Source: an uncultured Syntrophales bacterium | Lineage (GTDB): Bacteria; Desulfobacterota; Syntrophia; Syntrophales; JADFWA01 | DNA length: 64,000 nt | Assembly (NCBI GenBank): GCA_964454305.1 | Contig: CAYVXX010000001.1 | Span: 65,464-129,463 of the forward strand | Direction: 5' to 3' | Shown: piece after piece, positions 1 to 7,548 of the stretch | Position numbering within the stretch: the first letter of the stretch is position 1 | Layout: each line of letters starts with the position of its first letter | Notes under the pieces: generated by a model | Told to the model about the DNA's origin: nothing | Database searches by the model: none | What the model saw: the letters and a program-made list of their open reading frames with translations, nothing else | Position numbers and translations under genes: made by a program

Positions 1-258
1 GGGCATCGGTTTCCGTGTTGCCTTGTACTGGTCATAGGCCTCATTACGAAATGTGGGGCCCTTAACGTCAAAGGCAACAGCGATATAATCCGGCTCCCAA
101 TCACGGCAGAGTTTCATCAGCATCTTGGTAAACCCGTAAATAGCATTCGTAGGAAACCCCTTCGAGTTGGAAAGTTCCTTGATCGCGTAAAAGGCACGAT
201 AGATGTAATTACTGCCGTCGACGAGAAAGAGAGTCGGTTTTTTCATTTTTTCTGTCAT
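1..258 (-). CDS. polA: DNA polymerase I, N-terminal 5'-3' exonuclease domain (partial, runs off window start)
   Basis: Own minus-strand translation from ATG at 258 (alternative 246): MTEKMKKPTLFLVDGSNYIYRAFYAIKELSNSKGFPTNAIYGFTKMLMKLCRDWEPDYIAVAFDVKGPTFRNEAYDQYKATRKPMP. This is the classic Pol I/FEN N-terminus. It is absent from the ORF track because it is truncated by the window edge. Confidence 0.85.
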   Translation of the reverse strand, partial: MTEKMKKPTLFLVDGSNYIYRAFYAIKELSNSKGFPTNAIYGFTKMLMKLCRDWEPDYIAVAFDVKGPTFRNEAYDQYKATRKPMP

Positions 259-355
259 ACCTCTATCAATGAAATCTTGATTTTCACAATCCCTGCGAAG
301 AAATTTAATATGCCTCAAAACGCCTTTCCGTTCAACAAGTATTACGTGTACCGGA

Positions 356-455
356 TTGAAAATTATTAATATCACTTGATTTTTCTTTTTTTTCAAATTA
401 TATATCGTACGGAAACAAACAGAGTGGGGCTTGCGGGTACACTCCCAATCAAAAG
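356..455. repeat. Intergenic repeat, copy 1: a ~65-nt AT-rich unit followed by the GGGGCTTGCGGGTRC-CTCCC-TCAAAA motif
   Basis: 356-420 (ttgaaaattattaatatcacttgatttttc...ttcaaattatatatcgtacggaaa) closely matches 4771-4847. 424-455 (gtggggcttgcgggtacactcccaatcaaaag) matches 57449-57480 and 60273-60304. Confidence 0.6.
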
Positions 456-539
456 ACAAAAAAATCCCTTTAGGAAAACGGACTTCCCCCTTTTGCTCTT
501 CGGAAATGAGGGAACATCCATGATTCTCCAACTTTTTAC

Positions 540-567
540 TTGACTTCTATATTTAAGTATGTAATTT
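540..567 (+). promoter_or_regulatory. Candidate sigma70-type promoter (TTGACT-N16-TAATTT) for the leader transcript
   Basis: TTGACT at 540-545 and TAATTT at 562-567. It faces the leader ORF and the UbiD-type operon. Motif match only. Confidence 0.35.
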
Positions 568-605
568 CCTACACAATAAGAAAAGCGAAAGGGCTATTTT
601 ATTAC

Positions 606-674
606 ATGATACGTTTTGATATTGAAAACAGAAACTTCTGGTGGTGGCAGGCCCACATAGGTCTGCCCATGTAA
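606..674 (+). CDS. Candidate 22-aa leader peptide MIRFDIENRNFWWWQAHIGLPM with three consecutive Trp codons
   Basis: Own translation. TGG TGG TGG lies at 639-647 and the stop at 672-674. A weak Shine-Dalgarno-like GAAAGGG sits 12 nt upstream. The ORF is followed by alternative hairpins and two intrinsic terminators. It is too short for the ORF track. Confidence 0.5.
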   Translation: MIRFDIENRNFWWWQAHIGLPM

Positions 675-704
675 GCTTAACAATAACATAACTACGATTT
701 TAAG

Positions 705-740
705 CCATGGGTGAAGAAAGGTCTTTCCCACGGTTTTTTT
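705..740 (+). terminator. Intrinsic terminator 1 (segments 3:4 of the attenuator)
   Basis: CCATGGG (705-711) pairs with CCCACGG (727-733) with one mismatch, followed by T7 (734-740). Confidence 0.6.
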
Positions 741-755
741 GTGGATACACAGTAA

Positions 756-787
756 CCGTCATGGGAAGTCCCCATGGCGGTTTTTTT
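756..787 (+). terminator. Intrinsic terminator 2 (segments 5:6)
   Basis: A 10-bp stem, CCGTCATGGG (756-765) with CCCATGGCGG (771-780), a 5-nt loop, then T7 (781-787). Confidence 0.8.
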
Positions 788-830
788 ATTTTTGCAGCTT
801 TTTAACATTGGCATCAGCAGGATAAATACC

Positions 831-1358
831 ATGACTTTCAAGAATTCAGACATGCATCAACGAGGTGAGTTCCATGTCAAGACAACGGAAGGTTCTTACG
901 ATATTGAGGCTCACGTGAGATTGATCGGGAAGGATCTTTTAGTCGCCATAAGTGGCGGAGAAAAACCGCACATCGGGGCTGTTTCCGTTGCTCAGCCCCG
1001 TCAGAGCCTCAAAAATCCCGAAGACACAAGCGCTACGGCGTCTGTCATCTGCATTATGGGACACAAGGAAGACGAACTGGCAAAAAAAGCTTCAGAATTT
1101 TTAGCGGCGGCTTTGAATACCCGGGTTGTGGTCACGGCCGGCATACACTTCGATGCCATCAACGAAGAAGGAATCCGAAGAGTCATTCAAAACAGTGAAC
1201 TCATTGTCAAGCAAATCCTGGCTAAAATCATAACGGAATCAAATTCACAAATGGAAAAAAAGAATAGAGGGGAAAGCCATGTCGAAACGAATTGTTATCG
1301 GGATAACAGGAGCAAGCGGCGTGATATACGGTGTAAAGACGCTTCAATTACTCGCTGA
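831..1358 (+). CDS. Small UbiD-partner protein (LpdD-like, putative prenylated-flavin chaperone/accessory subunit)
   Basis: ORF 774..1358. Its first 19 codons overlap terminator 2, so ATG 831 is preferred. The motif GGEKPHIGAVSVA and the position directly upstream of ubiX/ubiD resemble the LpdD-type partner (recalled, not searched). The 3' end overlaps ubiX by 80 nt. Confidence 0.5.
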   Translation: MTFKNSDMHQRGEFHVKTTEGSYDIEAHVRLIGKDLLVAISGGEKPHIGAVSVAQPRQSLKNPEDTSATASVICIMGHKEDELAKKASEFLAAALNTRVVVTAGIHFDAINEEGIRRVIQNSELIVKQILAKIITESNSQMEKKNRGESHVETNCYRDNRSKRRDIRCKDASITR

Positions 1359-1884
1359 AAAAGAATTTGAAACTCATTTAATCATATCCGAGACGGGAAA
1401 ACAAAACATCGAGATTGAAACACCATATAAAGCGCGAGATGTGGAGGCTATGGCTAACTACACTTACGACATAGATGACGTTGGCGCATCTCTCGCGAGC
1501 GGTTCGTTCTTAACGGAGGGTATGATAATCGCACCATGTACCATAAAAACCCTGTCAGGAATTGCCAATTCATATACGAGCAACCTCCTCGTGCGGGCCG
1601 CGGATGTCACTCTGAAAGAAAAGCGAAAACTTGTTCTGGTGGTAAGAGAAACGCCGCTCCACAAGGGACATATCAGACTTATGGGCATGGCTGCCGACTA
1701 CGGCGCCCATATTCTCCCTCCTGTACCCTCTTTTTATCATCAACCGAAAACTATTGACGATATTATAAATCAGACAATCGGCAAGATTTTTGATTACCTT
1801 GGCATCAAACATGATCTTTTCACGCGGTGGGGTGAAAAGCATATCGAACCGGTGGAGCTCGATAACATTCGATGCCTTGATTGA
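1279..1884 (+). CDS. ubiX: Flavin prenyltransferase UbiX
   Basis: MSKRIVIGITGASGVIYGVKTLQLL...APCTIKTLSGIANSYTSNLLVRAADVTLKEKRKLVLVVRETPL is the typical UbiX/Pad1 flavoprotein pattern. The RBS GAGGGG lies upstream. Confidence 0.9.
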   Translation: MSKRIVIGITGASGVIYGVKTLQLLAEKEFETHLIISETGKQNIEIETPYKARDVEAMANYTYDIDDVGASLASGSFLTEGMIIAPCTIKTLSGIANSYTSNLLVRAADVTLKEKRKLVLVVRETPLHKGHIRLMGMAADYGAHILPPVPSFYHQPKTIDDIINQTIGKIFDYLGIKHDLFTRWGEKHIEPVELDNIRCLD

Positions 1885-2007
1885 GCTTAAACGAAATGTG
1901 AGACCGCCCCGAGTCACACAATGACGATCATACGCCACGGCACCGGAGACAATCTCCAGGTCTGTGTCAGTTGATATATTCTAAATTAACAGGAAAGGAG
2001 TTCAGAA

Positions 2008-3447
2008 GTGAAAAAGAAACAATATTTTACTGCATTGAGTATCATTATCTTTTTGATACTGCTGTTCTGCCCGGTTCAGTCGAAAGCAAAAATGTTCAAC
2101 GACCTTGATGAATTTGTCAGTTTCTTGAAGCAGAAAGGTGAATTAGTCACCGTAACGAAGGCGGTCAACTCAAAATTTGAAGCTGCAGCCGTCCAATCGA
2201 AAGTCCTCAATGAAATGGATAAGGCCGTTCTATTTAGCAACGTGGACGGGCAGGGGAAGAGGATGCTCGGCAATATTTACACATCACGGAAAATGCTGAG
2301 CTACATGTTTGACACAAAACCCGAAAAGCTGGTTGACAAAGTTCTTTCTTACAAGGGAGCGAAGAGATACCCTGTCAAATTCGTTGAAAAGGCGTCATGT
2401 CAGGAAGTAGTCAATAAGGATTTCAAGGACATTTTAGACGTAGTTCCAATTCCATGGAATTATGAAAAGGACGCGAATCGTTACATAACCGCCGGCATAG
2501 TCGTCACGAAAGACCCCGAAACGGGAAAGATAAATACGGCGATTCAGCGAATCATGTATAAAAAAGGGCGGCAGTTAAATCTCTTTTTCGCTCCGATGCA
2601 GCATAACTGGATGATATTTAACAAATACAAGGCATTAAAAAAAGATATGCCCGTGGCTGTTATCATAGGCGCGGATCCGATTATGATGTTCGCTTCAGAG
2701 TCGGGGATTCCATACGAAGAGAATGAGTTCGAGTATGCCGGCGCAATGAGGGGGAAATCGATAGAAGTTGTTAAATGCAAGACGGTCGATCGTTATGTCC
2801 CGGCTAACGCGGAATATATTATTGAAGGAACTGTCCCCTGGGACAAAAAATCGATGGAAGGGCCCATGGGAGAAAATCAGCGGGTCTACGGATATGCTCA
2901 GGAAAATCCCATTATAGAAGTTTCTTGTATTACTCATAAAAAAAATCCGATCTTCCAGAATATACTGCCCGGCACTTCCGAAGAGCATTCACTGCTGGCA
3001 ATACCGATGGAAGCCAGAATGCTTGAAAGATTGAGGCAGGTATCCCCACGCGTTATTACCTTAAACTTACTTCCTAATTTCATGAATTGCGTAATCAAGC
3101 TTGACTACTATCCTCCGGTTCAACGAGGCCTGGGCAAAAATGTGCTTCTGGCCGCCCTATCCGATCCATGGATAAAATATGCCGTCGTTGTCAACAAAGA
3201 TGTAAATATCGATGATGCAGATGAGGTTAACTGGGCAATCTCCGCCAGGGCCAACCTTTCAAAAGATCTTGTGCTCATTGAGAAAACATGGGGGTTCGTC
3301 ATGGATCCAAGCAGAAAAGACCGCACCCAGCCCGTAACGAAACTGGGTATCGATACAACAGTTGACCCGCTCGAAAGAGAAAGGTTTATAAAGGCGGATG
3401 TTTTAGGGTATGATAAGGTTAATCTAAAAGACTATTTATCCAGATAG
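2008..3447 (+). CDS. UbiD-family (de)carboxylase with an N-terminal hydrophobic extension
   Basis: UbiD-like features are present: FVSFLKQKGELVTV, ITAGIVVTKDPETGKINTAIQRIMY, IIGADP, EGPMGE. A GTG start at 2008 has a strong RBS (GGAAAGGAG, 7-nt spacer). The canonical UbiD N-terminus begins at Met29 (ATG 2092), which lacks an RBS. Confidence 0.85.
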   Translation: MKKKQYFTALSIIIFLILLFCPVQSKAKMFNDLDEFVSFLKQKGELVTVTKAVNSKFEAAAVQSKVLNEMDKAVLFSNVDGQGKRMLGNIYTSRKMLSYMFDTKPEKLVDKVLSYKGAKRYPVKFVEKASCQEVVNKDFKDILDVVPIPWNYEKDANRYITAGIVVTKDPETGKINTAIQRIMYKKGRQLNLFFAPMQHNWMIFNKYKALKKDMPVAVIIGADPIMMFASESGIPYEENEFEYAGAMRGKSIEVVKCKTVDRYVPANAEYIIEGTVPWDKKSMEGPMGENQRVYGYAQENPIIEVSCITHKKNPIFQNILPGTSEEHSLLAIPMEARMLERLRQVSPRVITLNLLPNFMNCVIKLDYYPPVQRGLGKNVLLAALSDPWIKYAVVVNKDVNIDDADEVNWAISARANLSKDLVLIEKTWGFVMDPSRKDRTQPVTKLGIDTTVDPLERERFIKADVLGYDKVNLKDYLSR

Positions 3448-3588
3448 CAGACATTTCCGGGAGGGGTGAACGGGAGCTTTCACCCCTCTTTTTTACCAAA
3501 CTCACCATGATAGGAGAGCTTTGAATTTTGTCATTTCGAGGAGTGTTAAAATGACAGATAATGATAGTTATTCAAAGCTCTCGACAGG

Positions 3589-4737
3589 TTGCCAATGGGA
3601 AACATTCTAATATATTGCGCAAAATTTCTCATTACGTCGTACACAAGTATTTTAGCACCCTTACTGCCCCTTTTAATGACGGAAATGCACCTTTCCCTCA
3701 CCCAGACAGGCGCGCTGGTTTCCGTATTCTCTCTCTTTAACTCTCTCCTGCAGCCCCTTTTCGGCTGGACACAGGATCGAATCGGATTTTACTTCTTTCT
3801 CTGTTTCGCTCCACTCTGGACCGGCATATTCATGGGAGCAATCGGAATAGCCTCCAGTTACGGATTCCTTATCCTGTTTCTGTTGCTTGCCGGGCTCGGG
3901 ATCTGTGCCTTCCACCCTGCTTCATTTGCTTCAATGGGGAAAATCGATCCCGAACGCAGAGCAATTACAATTTCGTTCCTTCTGATGGCGACTTCTCTCG
4001 GTTTCGTCGTAGGGCCGATGGCGATCTCCTTTTTCGTTACCTTTTTTGGAATACATAAGCTCTATCTCATTGCGATACCGGGGATACTTATAACGCTGGC
4101 CCTTTTCAAAACCGTTGAGCACAGTAAAAACAGACCACCGGCAGGCACACATAACGGTTTTTATCAAATTAAAGCAATTACAATCTCGATATTCCCCCTC
4201 TTCGCATTTGCTCTCTGCATAAGCATTACCCTTATGAATTTATTCAGCTTCATACCGTTTCTTCTACGGGAAAGAGGCGCCGCAATGACTATTGTCGGGT
4301 TCTTTCTTTCGGCCTTAGCCCTCGGTTCCGCTATTGGTCCTCTTCTGGGATCACTGATGGTAAAACACATCGGAAGGGTTAAAGTCCTCGTTATATCGGC
4401 AATCTCTTCACTCGGTTTTCTTTTATTATTTCTTCTGCCGGCAATCGGGCCTATCCTGCAGATTATTTTCCTTTCTTTCCTGGGACTTGCCCTCATGTTG
4501 CCATTTTCGATTCTCATAGACATGGGGCAGGAAAGGGTTCCTCAATACCTAAGCACGGTCTCCTCACTGCTCGGAGGATTCGCTTGGGGCAGCGGGGGTA
4601 TACTGATCATCGTCTTCGCTAAAATTGCCGAAACCGTAGGGTTTGAAAATATAATAAGAGGTCTGATTGTATTCCCTGTCATCAGTTTGTTACTGGTGTA
4701 TTTTACCGACCTGCGTTATTCCGGAAAGCCAAACTGA
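3589..4737 (+). CDS. MFS transporter
   Basis: A 382-aa polytopic protein with about 12 hydrophobic segments. The start is TTG 3589 or ATG 3595. It is the last gene of the UbiD-type operon. Confidence 0.8.
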   Translation: MPMGNILIYCAKFLITSYTSILAPLLPLLMTEMHLSLTQTGALVSVFSLFNSLLQPLFGWTQDRIGFYFFLCFAPLWTGIFMGAIGIASSYGFLILFLLLAGLGICAFHPASFASMGKIDPERRAITISFLLMATSLGFVVGPMAISFFVTFFGIHKLYLIAIPGILITLALFKTVEHSKNRPPAGTHNGFYQIKAITISIFPLFAFALCISITLMNLFSFIPFLLRERGAAMTIVGFFLSALALGSAIGPLLGSLMVKHIGRVKVLVISAISSLGFLLLFLLPAIGPILQIIFLSFLGLALMLPFSILIDMGQERVPQYLSTVSSLLGGFAWGSGGILIIVFAKIAETVGFENIIRGLIVFPVISLLLVYFTDLRYSGKPN

Positions 4738-4770
4738 CCCGCCATATACCACGCACCGGGCACTTCACTG

Positions 4771-4847
4771 TTGCAAATTATTGAATATCACTCGATTTTT
4801 CTTATCTTTCAAATTATATATTTTACGGAAAAGCAACAAAGGGGGGG
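4771..4847. repeat. Intergenic repeat, copy 2 of the AT-rich unit seen at 356-420
   Basis: ttgcaaattattgaatatcactcgatttttcttatctttcaaattatatattttacggaaaagcaacaaaggggggg aligns with 356-430 with few mismatches. Confidence 0.6.
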
Positions 4848-5248
4848 ATTTTATAACTTTTCTACTTAGCCTCTGCGACAAACTCATTTCACACATATTC
4901 GTTGACCTGCTAATAATACTCACCTGAATCTCCCGCGTCATCTGAGCCACCCCTGAAATGCACAGTTAAAACCACGACCACATTCAGTCCCCTGAAGAGT
5001 GATAATGAGTAAAGGGCAAACTTGCCGGAAAATACATCCAATATCAACTTATCAGGGCGAATCGGCCTGATAAGCACTGGTCCTCCCCTCGCTTCGCTCG
5101 GGGAGAACCAGTCACTCGAGACCGACCGCTTCGCGGCGGCTTAGTTCCGCATTCACTTCCATAAAGTGACTGAATTAAAAGTTTGCAGTTCCTGATGTGT
5201 TTTGATAAAATCTTACTGGTAAGAAAATAAATCCTTGAGGTAAAATTT

Positions 5249-5512
5249 ATGGCAAACCTTGCTACAACGAAAATGTCGTCAAAAGGGCAAGTGGTTATCC
5301 CTGAGGGAATTCGCAAGCGTCTTAAATTAAAAACGGGGACTCAATTTGTTGTTGTTGGTGACAATGATGTCGTTATTCTTAAAAATATTACTCCTCCCTC
5401 AATTGAGGAGTTCGACGAATTAATTGCAAAAGCCCGCAAAACTGGCAAACAAACAAGACTGAAAAAAAACGATATAAAAGAAGCCATTAGTAAAGTTAGA
5501 AGGATTAAATGA
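5249..5512 (+). CDS. AbrB/MazE/SpoVT-family antitoxin
   Basis: MSSKGQVVIPEGIRKRLKLKTGTQFVVV is a swapped-hairpin AbrB motif. There is a 4-nt ATGA overlap with the downstream PIN gene. Confidence 0.8.
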   Translation: MANLATTKMSSKGQVVIPEGIRKRLKLKTGTQFVVVGDNDVVILKNITPPSIEEFDELIAKARKTGKQTRLKKNDIKEAISKVRRIK

Positions 5513-5913
5513 AAATTGTCCTTGATACCAATGTCTTTATCTCCGGTATATTTTTTAGTGGACCACCCTCAAAAATTCTTCAAGCATGGAAAGACTCAAA
5601 AGTTCAAATCATTCTCTCCGAAGAAATACTTGAAGAGTATCAACGTGTTGCGGAAGAATTATCATCTAAATTTTCTGCGGTTCATATTGATCGAATAATC
5701 GAACTGCTCACAATTTATGGGGAAGTCTTTGAAACAAAAGATATTTCTGTATCTGTTTGTAAAGATCCTGATGACAATAAATTTATAGAGTGTGCAATTG
5801 CAGGTAACAGCAAGTTAATAGTCAGCGGAGATAAGCACCTATTAAATGTCACCGGTTATCAGGGTATTTCGGTTTTGAAGCCCAGGGATTTCATAGATAA
5901 CCACTTGAAATGA
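5509..5913 (+). CDS. PIN-domain toxin (VapC-like, PIN_3 type)
   Basis: MKIVLDTNVFISG...DPDDNKFIECAIAGNSKLIVSGDKHLL carries the acidic PIN residues and has the typical toxin-antitoxin arrangement. Confidence 0.8.
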   Translation: MKIVLDTNVFISGIFFSGPPSKILQAWKDSKVQIILSEEILEEYQRVAEELSSKFSAVHIDRIIELLTIYGEVFETKDISVSVCKDPDDNKFIECAIAGNSKLIVSGDKHLLNVTGYQGISVLKPRDFIDNHLK

Positions 5914-5999
5914 GATGTATAGGGCCCAAGCCTCCCTTTGACCTTTAGACTGATAACAGTTCTACCGCTAACGACCGGCTGAACGGGCATTTTAAATAT

Positions 6000-6038
6000 C
6001 AGAGCGGAATGTTTGCGAGCTTTTTCTTGACAGATAAC
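6000..6038 (+). repeat. 39-bp direct repeat, copy 1 (contains TTGACA)
   Basis: cagagcggaatgtttgcgagctttttcttgacagataac is identical to 7441-7479 except for one base. Confidence 0.9.
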
Positions 6039-6062
6039 ACATGAAAGGAAGGTGAAATCAAA

Positions 6063-7373
6063 ATGAAAAAGGTAATTAACAGGACGAAATTTATTTTCGC
6101 GATACTAATATTCGCCGTAATGGTTCTTCCCGCAAGCACAGTCTTTTCAGCGGACAATAACCATAAGCAGATAACCCGGGAACTTATAAATTTAGTGGAG
6201 ACAAATCCGGAAATCAAAAACATGCTGGAATCATCCATCGCGGAAGCCCAAAAAATCAATCCCGACCCGAAGACGAATCCTGTTCAGAGCTTACCGGAAT
6301 ATTATGATTTCATAGACGAAGCATCGAAGCTCCTTCCTCAGGAGATAGTTGGAGGCCCAGCCGGTTCTGTACGTGACCAGATGCTGCAAGGTCTTTGTTA
6401 CTTCTATTTTCTTGTTGACCAGCCCCTGCCTGAATTAAAAGACAAAGGCCTGTTCAAAAATGCGCTTCAGTACTACCCGCCTTTTTCCTCCTGGCTTCGT
6501 AAATTTGCCAACGCCTGGGGAGAGTTCCTTGATACTGAAGAGTCATGGAATGAAGAGATTTACCGGCAGATTTATAACGACCCCAAATTCGGTTTGCAGG
6601 AAGGGTGGTATGAGCCCCCATCCAACTGGAAGACCTTCAATGATTTTTTCGCCAGATATTTAAAGTCGCCTGATGTGCGGCCCATTGCTTCGCCGGATGA
6701 TCCGGCCGTCGTTGTCCTGCCGGCCGATTCCGTTTCTCAAGGAGTATGGGCAATTGATGAAAATTCAAATATTCAAGTAGAGGGTGGATTAAAAGTCAAA
6801 CTCTTGACTTATTACAGCATCAGGGAGTTGCTTGGTGAGGACAGCCAGTACAGGGATGCATTTGCCAATGGCGTGCTCACTCATACCTTTCTGAACGTAA
6901 ATGACTACCACCGTTACCATTTTGCCGTTGGTGGAATCATTAAAGAAAAGAAGATCATATCGGAAAACGTTGCCTTGGAGGTGAACTGGGATCCGGAGCA
7001 GGGAAAATATGATCCCATTGACTCCACAGGCTGGCAGTTTTCCCAGACCCGTGGTTATGTGATAGTGGATACGGGAAAATACGGACTGGTGGCACTTATT
7101 CCCATGGGTATGGCCCAGGTGTCTTCTGTCAACTTTGAGGGTAATGTCAGGCCGGGAATCACTCATAAGAAAGGCGACATGCTCGGTAATTTCCTATTCG
7201 GGGGATCTGATTTCATTATGCTTTTCCAGAAAAAGGCCGGGTTTGAAATCACGGCAGCGACAGAAGATAAAGCAGTTACGAAATCCGGTCCCGGCCATGG
7301 AAGCGAAGTAACGACCTATAAACATGCTCTTATGGGCGAGGAGTACGGCGTAATGAAGGGACAGGCAAAATAG
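6063..7373 (+). CDS. Secreted phosphatidylserine-decarboxylase-family (pyruvoyl) decarboxylase, long form
   Basis: The N-terminal signal peptide is MKKVINRTKFIFAILIFAVMVLPASTVFSA. PSD motifs DYHRYHFAVGG and the FLFGGSDFIMLF G-S self-cleavage site are present. Confidence 0.75.
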   Translation: MKKVINRTKFIFAILIFAVMVLPASTVFSADNNHKQITRELINLVETNPEIKNMLESSIAEAQKINPDPKTNPVQSLPEYYDFIDEASKLLPQEIVGGPAGSVRDQMLQGLCYFYFLVDQPLPELKDKGLFKNALQYYPPFSSWLRKFANAWGEFLDTEESWNEEIYRQIYNDPKFGLQEGWYEPPSNWKTFNDFFARYLKSPDVRPIASPDDPAVVVLPADSVSQGVWAIDENSNIQVEGGLKVKLLTYYSIRELLGEDSQYRDAFANGVLTHTFLNVNDYHRYHFAVGGIIKEKKIISENVALEVNWDPEQGKYDPIDSTGWQFSQTRGYVIVDTGKYGLVALIPMGMAQVSSVNFEGNVRPGITHKKGDMLGNFLFGGSDFIMLFQKKAGFEITAATEDKAVTKSGPGHGSEVTTYKHALMGEEYGVMKGQAK

Positions 7374-7440
7374 GATGAAAAATCGGCGACTAAATATTTT
7401 TCCTGTTCGAAAAGAGTGCGATCTGTTACTCAAGCACTTA

Positions 7441-7479
7441 CAGAGCGGAATGGTTGCGAGCTTTTTCTTGACAGATAAC
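7441..7479 (+). repeat. 39-bp direct repeat, copy 2 (contains TTGACA, possible promoter of speD-speE)
   Basis: cagagcggaatggttgcgagctttttcttgacagataac. TTGACA lies at 7468-7473, with an A/T-rich TATATG-like -10 about 16 nt downstream. Confidence 0.9.
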
Positions 7480-7548
7480 GATTTTTTATTATATGAAAAT
7501 TCTCTTTTACCAGCTGAATTTTATTTATAAGGATATGGAAGACCGCCA

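Noticed and set aside
774-830. N-terminal 19 codons of ORF 774..1358
   Set aside because: This stretch is the 3' arm and T-run of intrinsic terminator 2. The start at ATG 831 is preferred.
5044-5316. 90-aa minus-strand ORF
   Set aside because: It runs through the hairpin-rich spacer and overlaps the start of the AbrB antitoxin gene. It has no RBS or motif.
6027-6032. TTGACA in the upstream 39-bp repeat as the -35 of the PSD-like gene
   Set aside because: It ends only 30 nt before the ATG, with an RBS in between. That leaves no room for a -10 element plus a 5' UTR, so the repeat is reported as a repeat rather than as that gene's promoter.
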